The notes below the pieces were generated by a model, which was given only the letters and a program-made list of their open reading frames with translations, was not told the DNA's origin and made no database searches. Shown here one piece after another: positions 1-14,090 of a stretch of DNA of 64,000 nucleotides (position 1 is its first letter; every line of letters begins with the position of its first letter). The DNA is from Podarcis gaigeae. Taxonomy: Eukaryota. Where the stretch lies: NCBI GenBank assembly GCA_964106915.2, contig OZ066915.1; one strand, given 5' to 3'. A program made the translations under genes and the position numbers.

Positions 1-3000
1 ACAACGCAGAAATAAGGATGAATATTTTTATGAAATATTTTATGAATTTTCTCATAATTTATAAATATTCTAATTTACCTAAGCCAAGCTGTTCAGGGTT
101 TAAGATTAATTCCTTCCCAACTAGGCCTAATCTCCCCTGATTGGCCAGTAACTGCAAAGAAGACACTCAGAAGCCCTCTTAACATAAACACTCAAGATGT
201 GAACCCGTGCCACCACCTTCTATAATTCTATAATTAAAGGGCCATACACACCCAGGGTTGCATATGCTGAAGCATTTACATACAGGGCCATTTATTTTCC
301 TGCCCTTTTACACAAGTTGTTATACCTGTCATTCCTTTTTCTAATTTGTCACAAACTAGAAAATAAATAAGTGTGCGTGTACGTGTGCGTGTGTGTGTGT
401 TCCATACACTTACGTGATCTGTCGATGCCCCTTTCCCTTTCGTGCCAGAGTACTCCTGTGTGAGAAATGATAGTCCTGCTGTTGTGTTTCACCTTCCCAT
501 CAGTTTTCATAAATACCTCATTTAAAAATGATTAGGCTTGGCAGTAATTAAAATTATGCTTTCTGCTTTGCAAGCATCTTTGTACGGCAGCCAATAAGTG
601 CTAAAAGCAACGGTAGTAGCAAGGGTGGGGAAAGCCATAGCTATGCCCTGTAATTTGTATCGGAAGCTTATCGAAGGTGGGATATAATGGTGAATTTAAC
701 TAAAATGACTGGAAAGTGACATCAATTTGCAATACATGCCATCTGCAATGTGTGTGTATATATACGTATATGCATATATGCATGTCTTCTTTTTTCTTAT
801 TCTTGCCCATTCATTTATTTTTGGATATTCATATGGGATGTGAAATACTTCCACCATATGAGTTTAAATCAATTATATTAAGCTAGGGGAGGGGAGTAGC
901 TCCCATTTTGGGTATCTTAACCTTTTCTTACAGATTTATATATATACAAATTTAATTTTCTGCTTTCATGTGAGTTTGAGAGGAATAGTAACATTCCTTC
1001 AGCCACCCGTTTCAAGGGATACATTTCTAGTTGTGGAAAATACAAAATCTTCTTCCATATACATGATCACTGAAGGTGGCCTAACATACTCGCTACAAAA
1101 TCAGGTGAAAATCCACTGGTGGCCTGCATTGTTTCCAAATTTAGGAGCCATTTCAGAATTCGTAATTTGTTTTATTTATTACTATAGACATGCTGGGGCA
1201 TCTTCTGAGGGTCACATGCCAGTGACGGGCAGGACCAGAGACCACAGTGAGCAGAGGAATTAATTTAAATCTTACTATTTATTTACTTAATTTACATCCC
1301 ACCCTTCCTCCCCCAGGAGCTCAGCAGACAGATGAAACAAAAGCAAAACAAAAATATTCTACGCAGAGTATGACGTTCCCTCCTTCCCCAAAAATGATTA
1401 CAATTTAAAACATCTAAAATCAGTTACAGTTAAAAACATTCAAGAAGCAGTTAAAACAGTTTAGAAACAGTCTTCCACCAAATGATATTTTACTTCGGTG
1501 CAGTCCATTCCTTACAAGCAAGAGGCATTATCAGAGTTGCAAGACACAGTCCAGCCAGACAAAAAAAAGTTTGGTCCAGTGAGAACAGTTCCAAGGGCCA
1601 GAGAGAGCTGGGAGGTAGAGATGCCTGGTGGGCCACTGCTGGCTCTGGGCCTGTGTTTCCCCACTCTTGCTATTGTGGCCGTTTCCTGTCCTATCTACCC
1701 AGTAGGTAGACAGGCAGGAAATGACTCCCCCTTTGCTGTCAAGTTGTGGAGGAGGGCTAATAACAAAGTCAGCCTAGTATGGCTTGATAAGGCACAGCCT
1801 CTTCTTTGCTCTGCCAAGAGCGGAAGTAGTAGAATGGGACAGTAGCAATATAAACCTACAAAACCCTATGAAATGCAAATTCTGCTGGATGGCCATGGTT
1901 CACATCCTGTTTTGGAAAGTGCAAGCTACAAAGTTCACTCTTAAATGCCAACAAAATGGAATGTCTCCCCCATTCCCAATTGCAGAAGTGGTTTGGCATT
2001 GCCTGGCTCCATTCAACAAGGCATATGTTTCACAGTGCTAATAAAATCTTACATACGTATGAATATCCAACGATTCCTGAATGGGAGAGGAGTTTGGGGG
2101 AGGCTGCTTTCACCAGTTCCTCCCCTCTTCAGTCTCCCGTTCCAAACTTTTTCTCAAGAATCATTGGAGACAACCCATTAACTATATAAAACAACTATAA
2201 TTACATTTATGCAGTGATGAAAAAGCAAATAAAAGATAAGCCAATAATAAAAACCCATCAGTTCAAATGAGACATAGGTCTTAAAAGAAAGTTTTAAAAA
2301 CTTGTGCACAACAAGATCAAACATAAGTTAGCAATCCAAGCGAAACCGAGATTCTGTTTTTCAGGGCATAGAAAGCAGTGTTGTAAAATGGGATACCTCC
2401 TGCAAAAGATTATCTTATACCACTGGAACTGGGGTTCATCCAAGGAAGCTCAGAGGTGGAAGATTCAAGACAAACTGAACTGTGCTTCACAGTTAAACTA
2501 AGGGAAATTACGAGCACACACGCTGAACCCCTGTCCCTGGAGCCCCCAAGAAGGAGACATGACACCAGCTTATGGGTTCAAATTAAGCCACAACTTTATT
2601 GAATTTCAGATGTAGGAAACTTGGCCTAGGCCTTGGAAGGTATCCCTCTCAACGCAGGGTATGAGGATGTGCAGGACTAATAGGTGAAGTGGGAGGGAAC
2701 TATAAAGCATGAACTTAAAATAAGGGAAATTGCTGCCATTTAGTGATGACCACCAACTTGGATGGTTTCAACATGGGATTAGACAAACCCCTGGAGGATC
2801 AAAGGCTGCTAGTATCATAGTTTCAGTTCCAAAATCATTACAACCAAAAAGTTGAAAAATGGTGTCCGGTTACCTTTCACAGATCTCATTGGAGAATGAG
2901 GCCTCTTTATCTACATGTCTTATTAGGTGTTCCATAGCACATCATCTAACAGTACATCATAACCAAACTAGGGACTTTGGGATAACATTCTCTCTTTCGT

Positions 3001-6000
3001 CAAATGGCATGATACATATAGCAGCACAGTTTTCGGCCTGGCACCTTTTCGTTATTTGATTTCTTTCTTTTCAGAAAGAATCTCAGTGGTCCTTGTTTGG
3101 ATGACCTTCTAATCATTTGTTTGAGGCATGAGAGTTCTGCTCAGCACTAGAGTTCGATGGTTTGTTTTAGTTGAGTTAATAGCTCACTGTGTTCAGAGGG
3201 GTCAGTGTCTACAGCTCCCCCTCCACTAAATGAATGGGCAACTTGCCTGCTTATGGCGATCATTCTGTGCAGACTTACAAGAAAGCGAGCCTCTTTGTGC
3301 ATAATAGGGTTTGCTTCCAAGCATACATGCGTAGAACAGGGCTATGTGAAATCCACATATCAGTGGGCATATCACACATGCACACACCCTACTTCCTATA
3401 GGTATAAAGTGGTAGATAATTTAAAAACATTCTGTAAACGTAAAAAATATTTTTTCTCAGATTTCAACAGATGACAGTAAAAAGGGAAAGTGTGTGCTAG
3501 GTGTGTTGGAAAGCTGTTTATTATCATGCTAATTGTTTGTAATGCAATTTCATAGCATAGTTTAATGCCACAAATGCAATGGAAAAGAGGAACCATGAAT
3601 AAATTAGCCACTAAAGTGCAGGGCCAGAGCCAGATTGAGGCCCTTCCTGTGTTTTAATTATTGAATATCCTCCAATAATGAAAAGTGAGCTTTGGTGATT
3701 TCTCATCTGAGCTGTTTTTATATTCCCCAGTGCTCAAGGCAGCCAGCTTTGTCTTTTCTTCCTTAAATATTTGTCTTGTAATTTACTTGGACCGCAGTCC
3801 TAAGCATCCTTCCTAGTAAGTCTCATTGAACTCAGTGGGACCTCCAAGTGGATATTGTTTTTGACTGGCCTATAAGTCTGCCTTGTAAAACACTAGCAAA
3901 ACATATATAATAAAAATGATAAACATGTGCAAGACATAGAAAGGGATTGAAACTGAATCATGATTATTTGCACTTTATTTAAGTAAGATACTAATGTGAA
4001 CCTGAATTAAAAATGCTGAATTAAAAAGCTGAATTAAAAGTGCTGGCATTGAAAAGACAAACAGATGACATATAATACTCTAAGACTTCGGCAAAGGTAT
4101 GAGGAAAGGGGGGAAACCATTTCCATTAGATGCAAGAAAAATAACTGTTACACTCTGCTTTTGAGGATTAGAAAGCTTGAGGAGCTTTTTCTTTTGCTCA
4201 ACACTTGTCTTGGCAGGGCCTGAAGAAACCACTGGAGTCAATAGTACCCACCGGGTTTTGCAGAGATAAGTAATTTGTATGCTCTGCTGTAAAGGGTCAG
4301 CCAAGAACTCTTGCTTCTACTGTTATGAAAATTGTTTGTTTCCCGTGGCCTCTCAGGAGGGAAAGTGTCAGTCAAAGCAGCACAAGTAATTTCAAAGAAA
4401 ATCCTAACCAGGTCTAATGTGAGTTGCTTATCCTTCATACAACTAACTTCCAAACAATCTAGCAACAGAATGAAGATTTATCACACAATGGTTCCTTAGA
4501 TCTTGAGCTAGGTGGTGATACCTAGTGTTAGTCATATGCAGAGCACATCCATTCAGATAAATGGAATTAAGCGCATTGATCTCCTCTGGTTGGTTGTCAC
4601 ACTATGTGTCCAGCAAGTGAGACCCTTAGTAATTAACCCTTAGTTAATAATGGCTAATCAGCCTTTTTAAAAAAGATGTGAAAGCATCCATTGTTGAACT
4701 GGATATTTCTTGGTCTGTGCTGCAGTTACTAGACTTTTTTTCAATTTTATATATACTATGACAGCATTTTAGGACTAAATTTGAAGGTAAACAGTCAACG
4801 AATAGTCATGTTTTAGTACTCTTATTATACTTTCTTGGAATTATTAGGAATGCGATGTTTTAAAGAAGCCTTTTAGATTAGAGGCAGTAGCACCAAGTTA
4901 GGCCATTTCAATAAAATATATACGCCACTTTCTGAAAGGGGCCAAAATGACCCAAAGTGATGGGTGGAATGCAAGATAGTACTTTAGTATTTAGTGGGCT
5001 ATGTGTCTGTTGGATGGAGTCTGCTCCCACAATAAAACTTCCCCTCCCCTCTCTTGCCTGCACACAGTGGGGAGGAAAGTGTGGGGGCACACAGCTGGAG
5101 GAGTGGGGTGGAAATCCCATTGCACAAGTGGACCTCGTTCCATGCATGAAGCACCCTAGTTGATCCCTGCCTGCTATATTTATTAATCTTTGTGGATCAA
5201 AAAGATTAATTGAGAGAGGTGTTCTGCAACATACCAAACTTAACCAATCTTTCTTCCGGCTCCATCGGAGCTGGAACTCTTCCTGTACTCTTGGTAAAGT
5301 TCACCAAACAGCTAGAATTTCCTTAAGAATCGTTGAGTATCATAATAGGTGAATTCATGTTTTCAAAATACTAGAGCTGAGCCAAAGTTTAATGAGTTTT
5401 GAATTTTGTGTTGAAATTAGCATGTTTTGAGGAATGAGAACATTTTGTCAAACAGCTGAGCGACCTACGCGGACATTGGACAATGTGTTTCTCCTTTAAA
5501 GCAGGGCACAGTTTAGGAACACTCCCAAGTCTTGGGATCAGTAATGCTGTGGAAATGCGAGATTTCATAAATTTTGGGTAACTGTTTGAATAAAGTTTTA
5601 GAAATATTTCCCCAACTCAGCCAAGCTACAGCTTAGTCAGGGTCATTTTATATCCTCTTTGTAAGCTGCCCACCCTGGCCCATGTGCTTGTCAACAGGCA
5701 CAGGGTTAGGCTGGGCACATGTGACAGAGCAAGGATTACCAAGAACAGACAGTGCCTTAGCTTTATCTTTATTTTATTTGGTTTAGAGGTAGGGATGGTC
5801 AAATTTCTAATCCATGTCACTTTAACCTGATCTGTTCATTCCTATGAGTTATTTTCAGTCCCTTTCCATAGGAATCTGCTCATTTTCCAAGTATTTGCAG
5901 GAATATTTATATGTTAACTATTTTCCCCACCCCCCTAAAAATAGGCATTTCTCCAGAGGTGGTAAACATGTGGCATCAATAAGTTATGCTGCCCTCTTGT

Positions 6001-6085
6001 GCCCGAATACAGAAATCACAAGTCTTTGTCCATTACTGGCTCCTCTCTTACTCTTGACCAGGTTGTTTCTCATTTTGACCCAGAG

Positions 6086-6088
<3 letters not shown>

Positions 6089-6137
<49 letters not shown>
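6089..6137. repeat. (TC)n microsatellite
   Basis: Direct reading. Confidence 0.98.
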
Positions 6138-6140
<3 letters not shown>

Positions 6141-6905
6141 ACTCTCCAGCTGTCTACTCCTCAGGCTTGTGATTTGTGCTTTAAAAACATTTTGTCCATT
6201 TGTATGAGAGTGTACGATCTGCGTTGTCTGCCTTTCCTTTCCCTTATCAGCCTTCTTCTGCCCTTATTATGATCACTTTCTCAATCTCTTTGAGATTCAG
6301 TTGCAATGTCAGTAGCTTGGTTTGGTCAGTTGCCTGGACGTGAGGATACCAGAATACATGCAAACTGCTTTGGGGATCCATGATGAAAGAAAGATGGGAT
6401 AGGAATAAATTAAAGGCCATCGCTGACTCTGTGGAGCAGGAGAAGCCCAAGCGAGTGTGAAGTCCTCAGGCCATGTGTATGTAGAAGGGGTGCTGAGGGT
6501 TCCTTCCCCTCTCCCTGACTGCGGGAATTTGAATCTTCCTTGGGGTTGCAAGGCAAGCAACACTTGGGGACTGCTAAGGTTCCTCATTCTCAAGTCTGAT
6601 GAACGAGCTATTACAGGGACTACGCAGTTTCAAAAGCCAGCCTTTGGGAGCTGCTGCTTCCTTCCTTCTTGTACTGGAATTCTGAGGTGGTAGTCAAAAG
6701 CCTGACGCTGATAATGATGACTTGCACTAATACTGAACGTGAAAAGGGTGCTTTAGATCAGCTTCTCTCTACTACTACGTTTAATGTCATTTAAAAAGTT
6801 GTTTAAAACAATTAAAATATTTTCTTTTTTACAGTCAGAGGAGCCTTAAATCCTACAGATTATTTGCACCTGAAGTCAATCCAGTGAATTTGAAATTGTT
6901 TCCAA

Positions 6906-7355
6906 AAGTATTACTTAAAAAAAAAAAATTACGGCTGCCATTAACAGAGCAGAGGTATACCTAGGACATCAGTTTGCTGACAGCTTTTACATGAGCTTAA
7001 CAGTATGGGGCAATCTTTCAACTTGTAACCATCTGTTACTCTGTGAAGTTCTGTGTGATGTTTTGATCAGGCTATATAAACAATTAACATTTTCTACAGT
7101 ATAAGATAAAATGCAGACCCCCATGCCTACAGATGCATATGATTAGCTGTACTGCTTGAAATGGGTGAATGTATATAGTATATTAAATATTGCATAGCAG
7201 GGTTGCAGATAGAAGGAATGCCTGGTGCTAAATGTGAGAAGGTGCTTCATACAGCTTTCCATATAGAATTGCATCCCTTTTTTGGAGTGTTTATTGCATC
7301 ACCAATGAAACCTAAGAACTGGGTGTGCATCCTACATCCCTATGGAAAGCGACAG
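6906..7355 (+). repeat. Copy A of a ~450-bp direct duplicate (partner 15053-15485)
   Basis: Hand alignment. Core agcttaacagtatggggcaatctttcaacttgtaaccatctgtta...ttaacattt is shared almost exactly; flanks are more diverged; ends approximate. Confidence 0.9.
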
Positions 7356-8189
7356 GGGATGTATATAGGGTTTTATTTTCAAATTTGTTACAGTTTATTT
7401 CAAAGCCATAATTGAACAGGGGTTCACAATCTTTTCACCACGCGGAATATCTCCACTGGATGAGACCACACAGATTCAACGACATCTTGACCATAAATAT
7501 GGTAACAGATGCTCTCTGTGTCTCATGCATGGTCAGGTTCAGTTTTTCTCTGACTATGCTTTAGCCATTATCCATGCTGCCCCACTGCCCTCAGTTTCCC
7601 TCAGTAAACCAGGAAGATGCTTGAACTCTTCTGGCAAGGAGGAGGAGAGGAGACTGGGAGTTACTAAGCCAGTTGCTTGTGTGCCTAGAACAATGCCAAA
7701 CCAGATAGAGTCAGTCAAACACTTCCCTGAAAAATTATGGAAACCATGTGGATCCAGTAGATTTTAGGAAGAGACTATCCTAAATGCAGAAGCAGCTGAG
7801 GGACTGAGATGCTACGCTAGCTTTTCAGTCGTGCCTCTCCTACTTACCAGGACAGATGAAGTAGTGCAGAGGTCAGTCTATCGAAAGGCACTGGTGGAGT
7901 CAATCCAGTGCTTCTGCTGTTCAGTACCACTGCACCAACCTCCCCACCACCTCAACCCAGCCCTTTCCCCTCCCAGTAAACAACAGCAACTCACCTATCC
8001 AGGAAGCAAGTAAAGCAACTCTACCCCCATCAAGTCAAGTCACTCCTGTCTAACTAGCCCTTCCTTCTTCCTTTAGTTTTATTCATATGACTTAAAATGC
8101 ATTCTGAACATAGCTCCATTGGTTTTCTACAAACAGCTTTGGATGTACAGTGACACTTCCTTTCCCTCTCTTCCAACTACCTCATGCCC

Positions 8190-8312
8190 CAAGGTTACCA
8201 GATTTTTTTCAATGAATCCAGGGACACTTTTCAACTTCAATTGATTTTGTGTGGGGCGTGATTTGTAAATCCGGGGACTGTTCCTGGGAAACAGGGACGC
8301 CTGGTAACCTTA
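8190..8312. mobile_element. Short MITE, hAT-like
   Basis: Terminal inverted repeats aaggttaccag...ctggtaacctt; no TSD recognised. Confidence 0.65.
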
Positions 8313-9236
8313 CCATAAATCTGCTCCACAGGGTTAGGGGAAAACCCCAGAATATATTTAGGAGGAAGTGGAAAGGAGAGGGAGAGGAAGTGCCATTGAG
8401 TAGCCAAAATTGCTTGCACCAGCAGAGCTGTTTAGTTGGATACCACCCGATATGCTTTAGCCTAGAGGCCTCAGCTGCAGTGCTGGTAAGATTCGTCCTC
8501 CAAATTCTGGAGCATGACACTGATGTCACAGCAGCACTTCTCAAGGTTCTAATCCAGAACCATTTCAATTCCGAGGATAATTCTCTCTTTTTAACCCTTC
8601 CCAGCCAAGCCATTCTTATTCCCATGAGCAAAATGGGAAAGAATCCCTGTTGAAGAAGTATGCATGGAAACCTGTAATTGAAACAAGCAATTCATGATAC
8701 TGAAGGCATGGCATTCAGTGCAAGCAAGACTGGATGGAAGTCAAATTGGAACATGGGTTCTTCCTGTAATGTTTGCACTTGTCTGTTGGAAACTTTCAGC
8801 ATCTCCCTACTAAATTGGAAGTAGAATATTTAAGGAAGAGGTCAGCAACTCGTAGATTCCAGCTGGGAAGTATTTTATCAGCTGTTCTCTTTGGCTTATA
8901 CTGATCTGTGTTTTTACATTGCATGCAATGCATTTTCTAAATTTGTTGTTGTTTTCTGTCTTCATCTGATGCTTCTAATGAATGCACTTGCTGCTGACAC
9001 TCTTTCTTAGGGGATCAGATCAAGACAGGCACTTCATGGTTGGAAGTTAATTGAGTTTGATTGAAAATACTAAAGGATTGGTGTGTGGGTGTGTTGGTGG
9101 GGGGGGGGGCTTGTAATTGACACTACTGGTTAATGCTCAGTTTTATTGACAAAATACCAGACATAGTGGCTACCCTCCCACCCCTGGAGTTGGGACTATG
9201 CAATGTAGTTATTTTACCGAGCTAGTAATGTGTGTG

Positions 9237-9632
9237 TAGGGATGGACAAATCTGTCCCTTTGGATTTCTCACTTTTCCTGTCTGAAGTTCAGTTCACTCC
9301 ATTTCCACATCACTTTGCAATGCTTACTTAAAAGTTCTCACAAAAACCTGTATTTTCATGTATTTTCATGCACATTGCGCATTTCTGTATGCATTTTTTT
9401 CAGGAAGTTTTCACCATTATAATGCACTTTTGCACATTGTTTTCATTAATATACTTTGTGTGTGTGTGCACACTTTCCCTTAAAACACACCCTTTTGTAT
9501 ACTTTGGTGCACTGTGGAACTACATTGCAAAAACGAGAGTAGTGCAAAGTTTGAAGGATAGCTGTGTTTCAAGTCATATAACAGTTTGGGAAGGGCAAGT
9601 TAAAATGCAAGCCATTTTCTCCCTCATCCCTA
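9237..9632. mobile_element. Non-autonomous DNA transposon, hAT-like, old
   Basis: Termini tagggatg...catcccta; degenerate flanks taatgtgt/taatgtat. Confidence 0.6.
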
Positions 9633-10560
9633 TAATGTATGATATACAGTTGTAGAGCCCTTTTTTGGATTGTTCATTTGAGTCGTAGCTCATGGGATAC
9701 CTGATGAGTACATCTATATGGACTGAATCGGCATGTCTTCTTTGGGAGTGATGTAGGCAAAGTTTAGCATTTCAGTGGCGTAGTGATTTCTACAGAAGGG
9801 TCAAATATTTTCTCAGCTCTCCTACCGAAATCTCTAAATCATCTCTCACACTGATTTCAGTGACATAAATCAGTGTGTAGCTTTACACTGCCATATGCCT
9901 TTATTTAGATATCAACAGCAACTTTGATCGGTTTGGAAGTATGTAAGACAAATGGCACAGATTTTACAGTTCTTGCAAATAATTGTGACAGTTTCAGTAG
10001 TAACAGTAGCATTCTGCCATTTAGTAGCATGAAGCTTTCGTTTACAAAATCAGAATTGCGTCTTATGCACAGGCACTCAAGTGCAGCTCATACTTGTGTT
10101 TAAATATGTGCACACACAATTATGAATGTGTATTTTGAATGGTCCATTCATTGGAATGGATCTTAACTGTAAGAGGGGCCTTAAAGATCCAAGAAAGGCC
10201 TTTTAAATGATGCAGTTACCTCTACGTTGAATTATATTTGTGTACAGGAAGATGGAACTTCACAATTCAAGTGTGATACCATATCTTTTGGGGAAACCAT
10301 CCCTTTCCTCTAGCACTGCAGTGTTTTAACAAATTGCATAGTGCTAGTGATATTTAGCAGAGAAGCTGTCCTTTCGTTCCTCCGATAGTCCCATGTTTAT
10401 GCAGCAGATTGAATTAATTGGAAATATTTCTCCTGTTACTTCCTCTATTTTTATTAGCTTGGTGATTTTTTTAAATTAATGAAGCAGCTAAACTCACGTT
10501 AATATATCACATCAATTATATAATGATGGCTTGTTCTATTTTGTTCTTGTTTTTTTCCAG

Positions 10561-10578
10561 CTTCCTCAGGCTCAAAAG
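10561..10578 (+). CDS. CACNA2D3: CACNA2D3 18-nt microexon (approx. exon 14), LPQAQK
   Basis: T-rich tract ending ...ttttttccag | CTTCCTCAGGCTCAAAAG | gtaaac; phase 0/0. Peptide matches recalled alpha2delta-3 ...YIDST-LPQAQK-L.DDQG and joins the next exon in frame. Confidence 0.93.
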
Positions 10579-13500
10579 GTAAACTATTTTCAATCAATAC
10601 TTATTCAAAAGAAATCACCAACTCTTCATGTTTCCACAGTGTCATGAATATGGTACAATGGTGATCAGTGAAATGCTTTACAATGTCACAGCTGTAATGA
10701 ACTGGAGAGCATAACATTGCTTAAATCAAAGCCAGGCATTGTAAGCAGTCAAGTCACCCACTGAGAGTTACAACTCAGACACAATGTGAGAGCTATTTGA
10801 ACAAAATGGACATGGAGTGGACTGCTGAGTTGCACAATAAAGGATCCATTTTGTTATCGCTTTGAAAATAATAGACAACCATCAAATGGACATGGCAGTT
10901 ATGAAGAAGCCATCCCTAGGCCGTTACATTCCCCACCGGAGGAACAATGGGATTCATGGCATGGCTATATCCTTTCACTGGTCCCTATTGTATTGTCTTA
11001 TCAAAAGCCTCTCAGTACATCTAGCATATGGTTTGTCCAAGGAGGTTTCCATGCAACATGCTCTTGTTGTTGTACAGCTTCTGCTTTGATATGGTATGAT
11101 CCAGAGCTACCCCATTGCATTTCATGATATCACAAACAACAATTGTGGCCAGCACAACATATCACTTGATTCCTGTTGCATCATTCTTGTATAATTCACA
11201 AATATAATTGAAACACACATGTGTATATATACACACGCACGCACTGCTACAGTTTAGAATGTCATTGTGTTATTAGGGGTGCGGCATTTAGCCTCCCAGA
11301 ATTCCTGTGTGATTACAACAAAATAGCTTTGTCCCTCACACGTCTGTTTTACCGTAATTATTACTAGATCAGCAGACTTGAATGGAAAAGTCCAAGTGCG
11401 CCTTTGTTTGTGTGCTCAGCTGGATTTTTCCTGCCATTATTGAGCAGGAAAGCCTCCCTCGCCACTGCTGTTTTTCACTTTTGTTTCATGAAGCAGCACA
11501 ACTTGCTTGATCGACACAGAGAGAATAAAGTAGCATGGTATGGATAAAAAAAGTCGGAGTGGCAGAAAACCTTTGGCATGGGAGAGGCAATCTTTAAGCT
11601 TTTCCTTGCCCCAGCTGCTTCTCTCCTCGAGGAGAAAAATACACAGGCACCCACTATATTTTCTTATGCAGGGGCAAGCAATTATAATTTTAAGGGGGGT
11701 GGAGAGCTTACAGGGACAGGTTTAAGCTCCTTTCCTCAGAGCTGTTACTTTGATCATTTGGAGTAATAAAATTAAAACACAAAACCAAAAATTTTTCTTC
11801 TGCTTCACGTGTAGCTTGGCTGCAGGTCAGAGCCAATGGCTGTAGTTTAGATGGTCCAATTACAAACACAGGGTCACACATACGTGGAGGCCTCCATGTT
11901 GTTTTCTGTGAGGAGAACTATGCCTTCATGATAATGGTCATTGAGTACTCAAATTGTCACTGAGGTGTAAACCGCTTTAACTGTTTTATGGACCACCCAA
12001 GGAGCTTTAGCTTTGGGGTCGTATCAAAATGTAGTTAGTAAATAAATAATACATTGAGGACCAGGAACTTTTAAATGCCAAATCTATTCCAACCCAATTA
12101 TCAGTGCAAAAATAACTACGGTCCTTTGGTTTCTAGTTTCCAGAGCAAGCAAAATCATTATGAAGATGCTTGCAGCTTCAATTCTAAATGCTCATATGAG
12201 AGAACAAGAACTAATGAACACAGTGGGACTTACTTCTGCCTCAACTTTGTAGGATTGTGCTGACCATAATCTTTTTAAACTCCTGAAACCCATTTGTAAA
12301 GGTTAATAGCCTTTTTAGACTTAGCAAAACTGTGGCTTCATTATCCTTCTACATTATTTAGTAAATACAATTTTTGGTTAAACTCTTCTACCAAAATGCT
12401 TGAGCCCCTTTTTTAGTTGTTCATTCAGTTCAGAATAACCATCCACAGGAGGGGGGCGGAGAGAATACTTGAATTAGAACATCAGTATGGCTTTTGAGGG
12501 GGCGGAGCCTGCCACTTTGGTGTGCTTATTCAGTATGGAATGAACAGATGAAAGGGGCTTTTGTGTATAGTGTCAGTGATTTGTTAGGAGTATTACTAGA
12601 GTTAAGGCAAAGGCAACCAAGGTAGAAGCACTATGTCAGTTATGGGCATATGATTACCAGTTTAAAGTAGCGGCGGATATGATTCCTATTAAGAGTATGC
12701 CAGTATCATGCCACCAGTTCCCAGCTCTGGAGTATATGCTGTTGTTCATTGTTACAGATCTACAAGACTTCCATATATTCTCAAGCTAGGTTCTAAAGGC
12801 AGAATTGTTGCTTTCTTGCATCTCAAACGCCAAGGAATAAAATCATTTCCTTTAGGTATCACTGTTGTTCATTCTTTGAACCTCTTTTTAATGCCAGGAA
12901 CAGCCCTGTTAAGTATGAACTCATCGTTAAGCATATGCACAGTCCCATTTCCAAAACATTGGGTAACCACAATCCGCTCCCCCAGACGTTGTTAGGAAAA
13001 TGACCTGCAAGTCACTAGGTGCAATTTCCAGGCAGCCTTGGGCCCTGTGCTGGGAAATAAACAGGGAAATGAAAGAGGGATATAAAAAGTGAAAAGTATG
13101 AAACCATAATAGGTGTTGGAGATATCTTGCTGCAATTTATCCGTGTTTCTCTATAGTTGACTTGGAACAGCCTTCAGAAGCCAGTCTCCCTTGTGATATT
13201 ACAAAACTGTTAAGGGATTCCATATTGTAATAGTTATTCTTTTCTCATCAGTCAAGTTTATTGTCTCAGTTCTACTTCATTCTCTTGAATAGCATCATAA
13301 TTGTCTTTCAGTTATTGTTGCAAATCTCATAGTTTTCATCCCACAGGTTTGGTTTAAAATGTAATATCGCTGCTGCTTATTCCTAGGCTTAGCTCCAGCC
13401 TCTTCTATGGTTAGCAGATGTTGGATGCAGTCATGGTATTTTTAGCACTCCCACCTTAATTTGCATACGTTTTTTCAAGGCACTAGTAGCATCTACCTTC

Positions 13501-13829
13501 ACTCATTAGTAGAAATCCCTTTTTGCTCAATAAAAGAGGTTGCTTGCATATGCAGTAGCCCCATTCCTTGCAACTTGTCTGTAAATGGTCATCGGTGATA
13601 TATAAGCAGTTGCAATGCTAAGGACATGCAGTGTAAATTGGATGCAGTGTATATGTGCCTATCTAAAGGCTTATTTGGCTCATGAAGTCATAAGGCAGTC
13701 CTCAAACAGAAATATTTACAGAGCTACATCATCTTCTTCAGATCTGTATCAAGCAACAGGGAGTTGTTTGATAGCTAACATGAACTTGGTATGAAATTCT
13801 GAGTGGAAATGGAGTTTTGTTGAGTGTAC

Positions 13830-14090
13830 TAATTAGTTCCCCCCATTCTGAATAACATGGAGATGTTTAACATTGAGACTTTCCCCCCACGTACTGAAGC
13901 ATGATAAGAAGTTTTCAAATCCATTTGGCATTTGTTTGTTTGAGGAAGACCAGTGCAGGACTGATGCTTGTCTTTGTGAATGACTTGAATCAATGCTAGT
14001 GTACGCTTTGCCATATGGTGTCTGAACTTGTACTGTGTTTTTGTTGGAATCTGTGTATCATCTACAAATGTTTTTTGTATAAACATTTTA
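13830..14090 (-). mobile_element. Possible highly decayed non-LTR retrotransposon RT fragment
   Basis: Minus-strand FVDDTQ resembles the RT YADD motif; the rest is not convincingly alignable by eye. Confidence 0.3.

Noticed and set aside
8209-8653. Overlapping 134-140 aa ORFs on both strands
   Set aside because: They run through a MITE and have no protein-family motifs.
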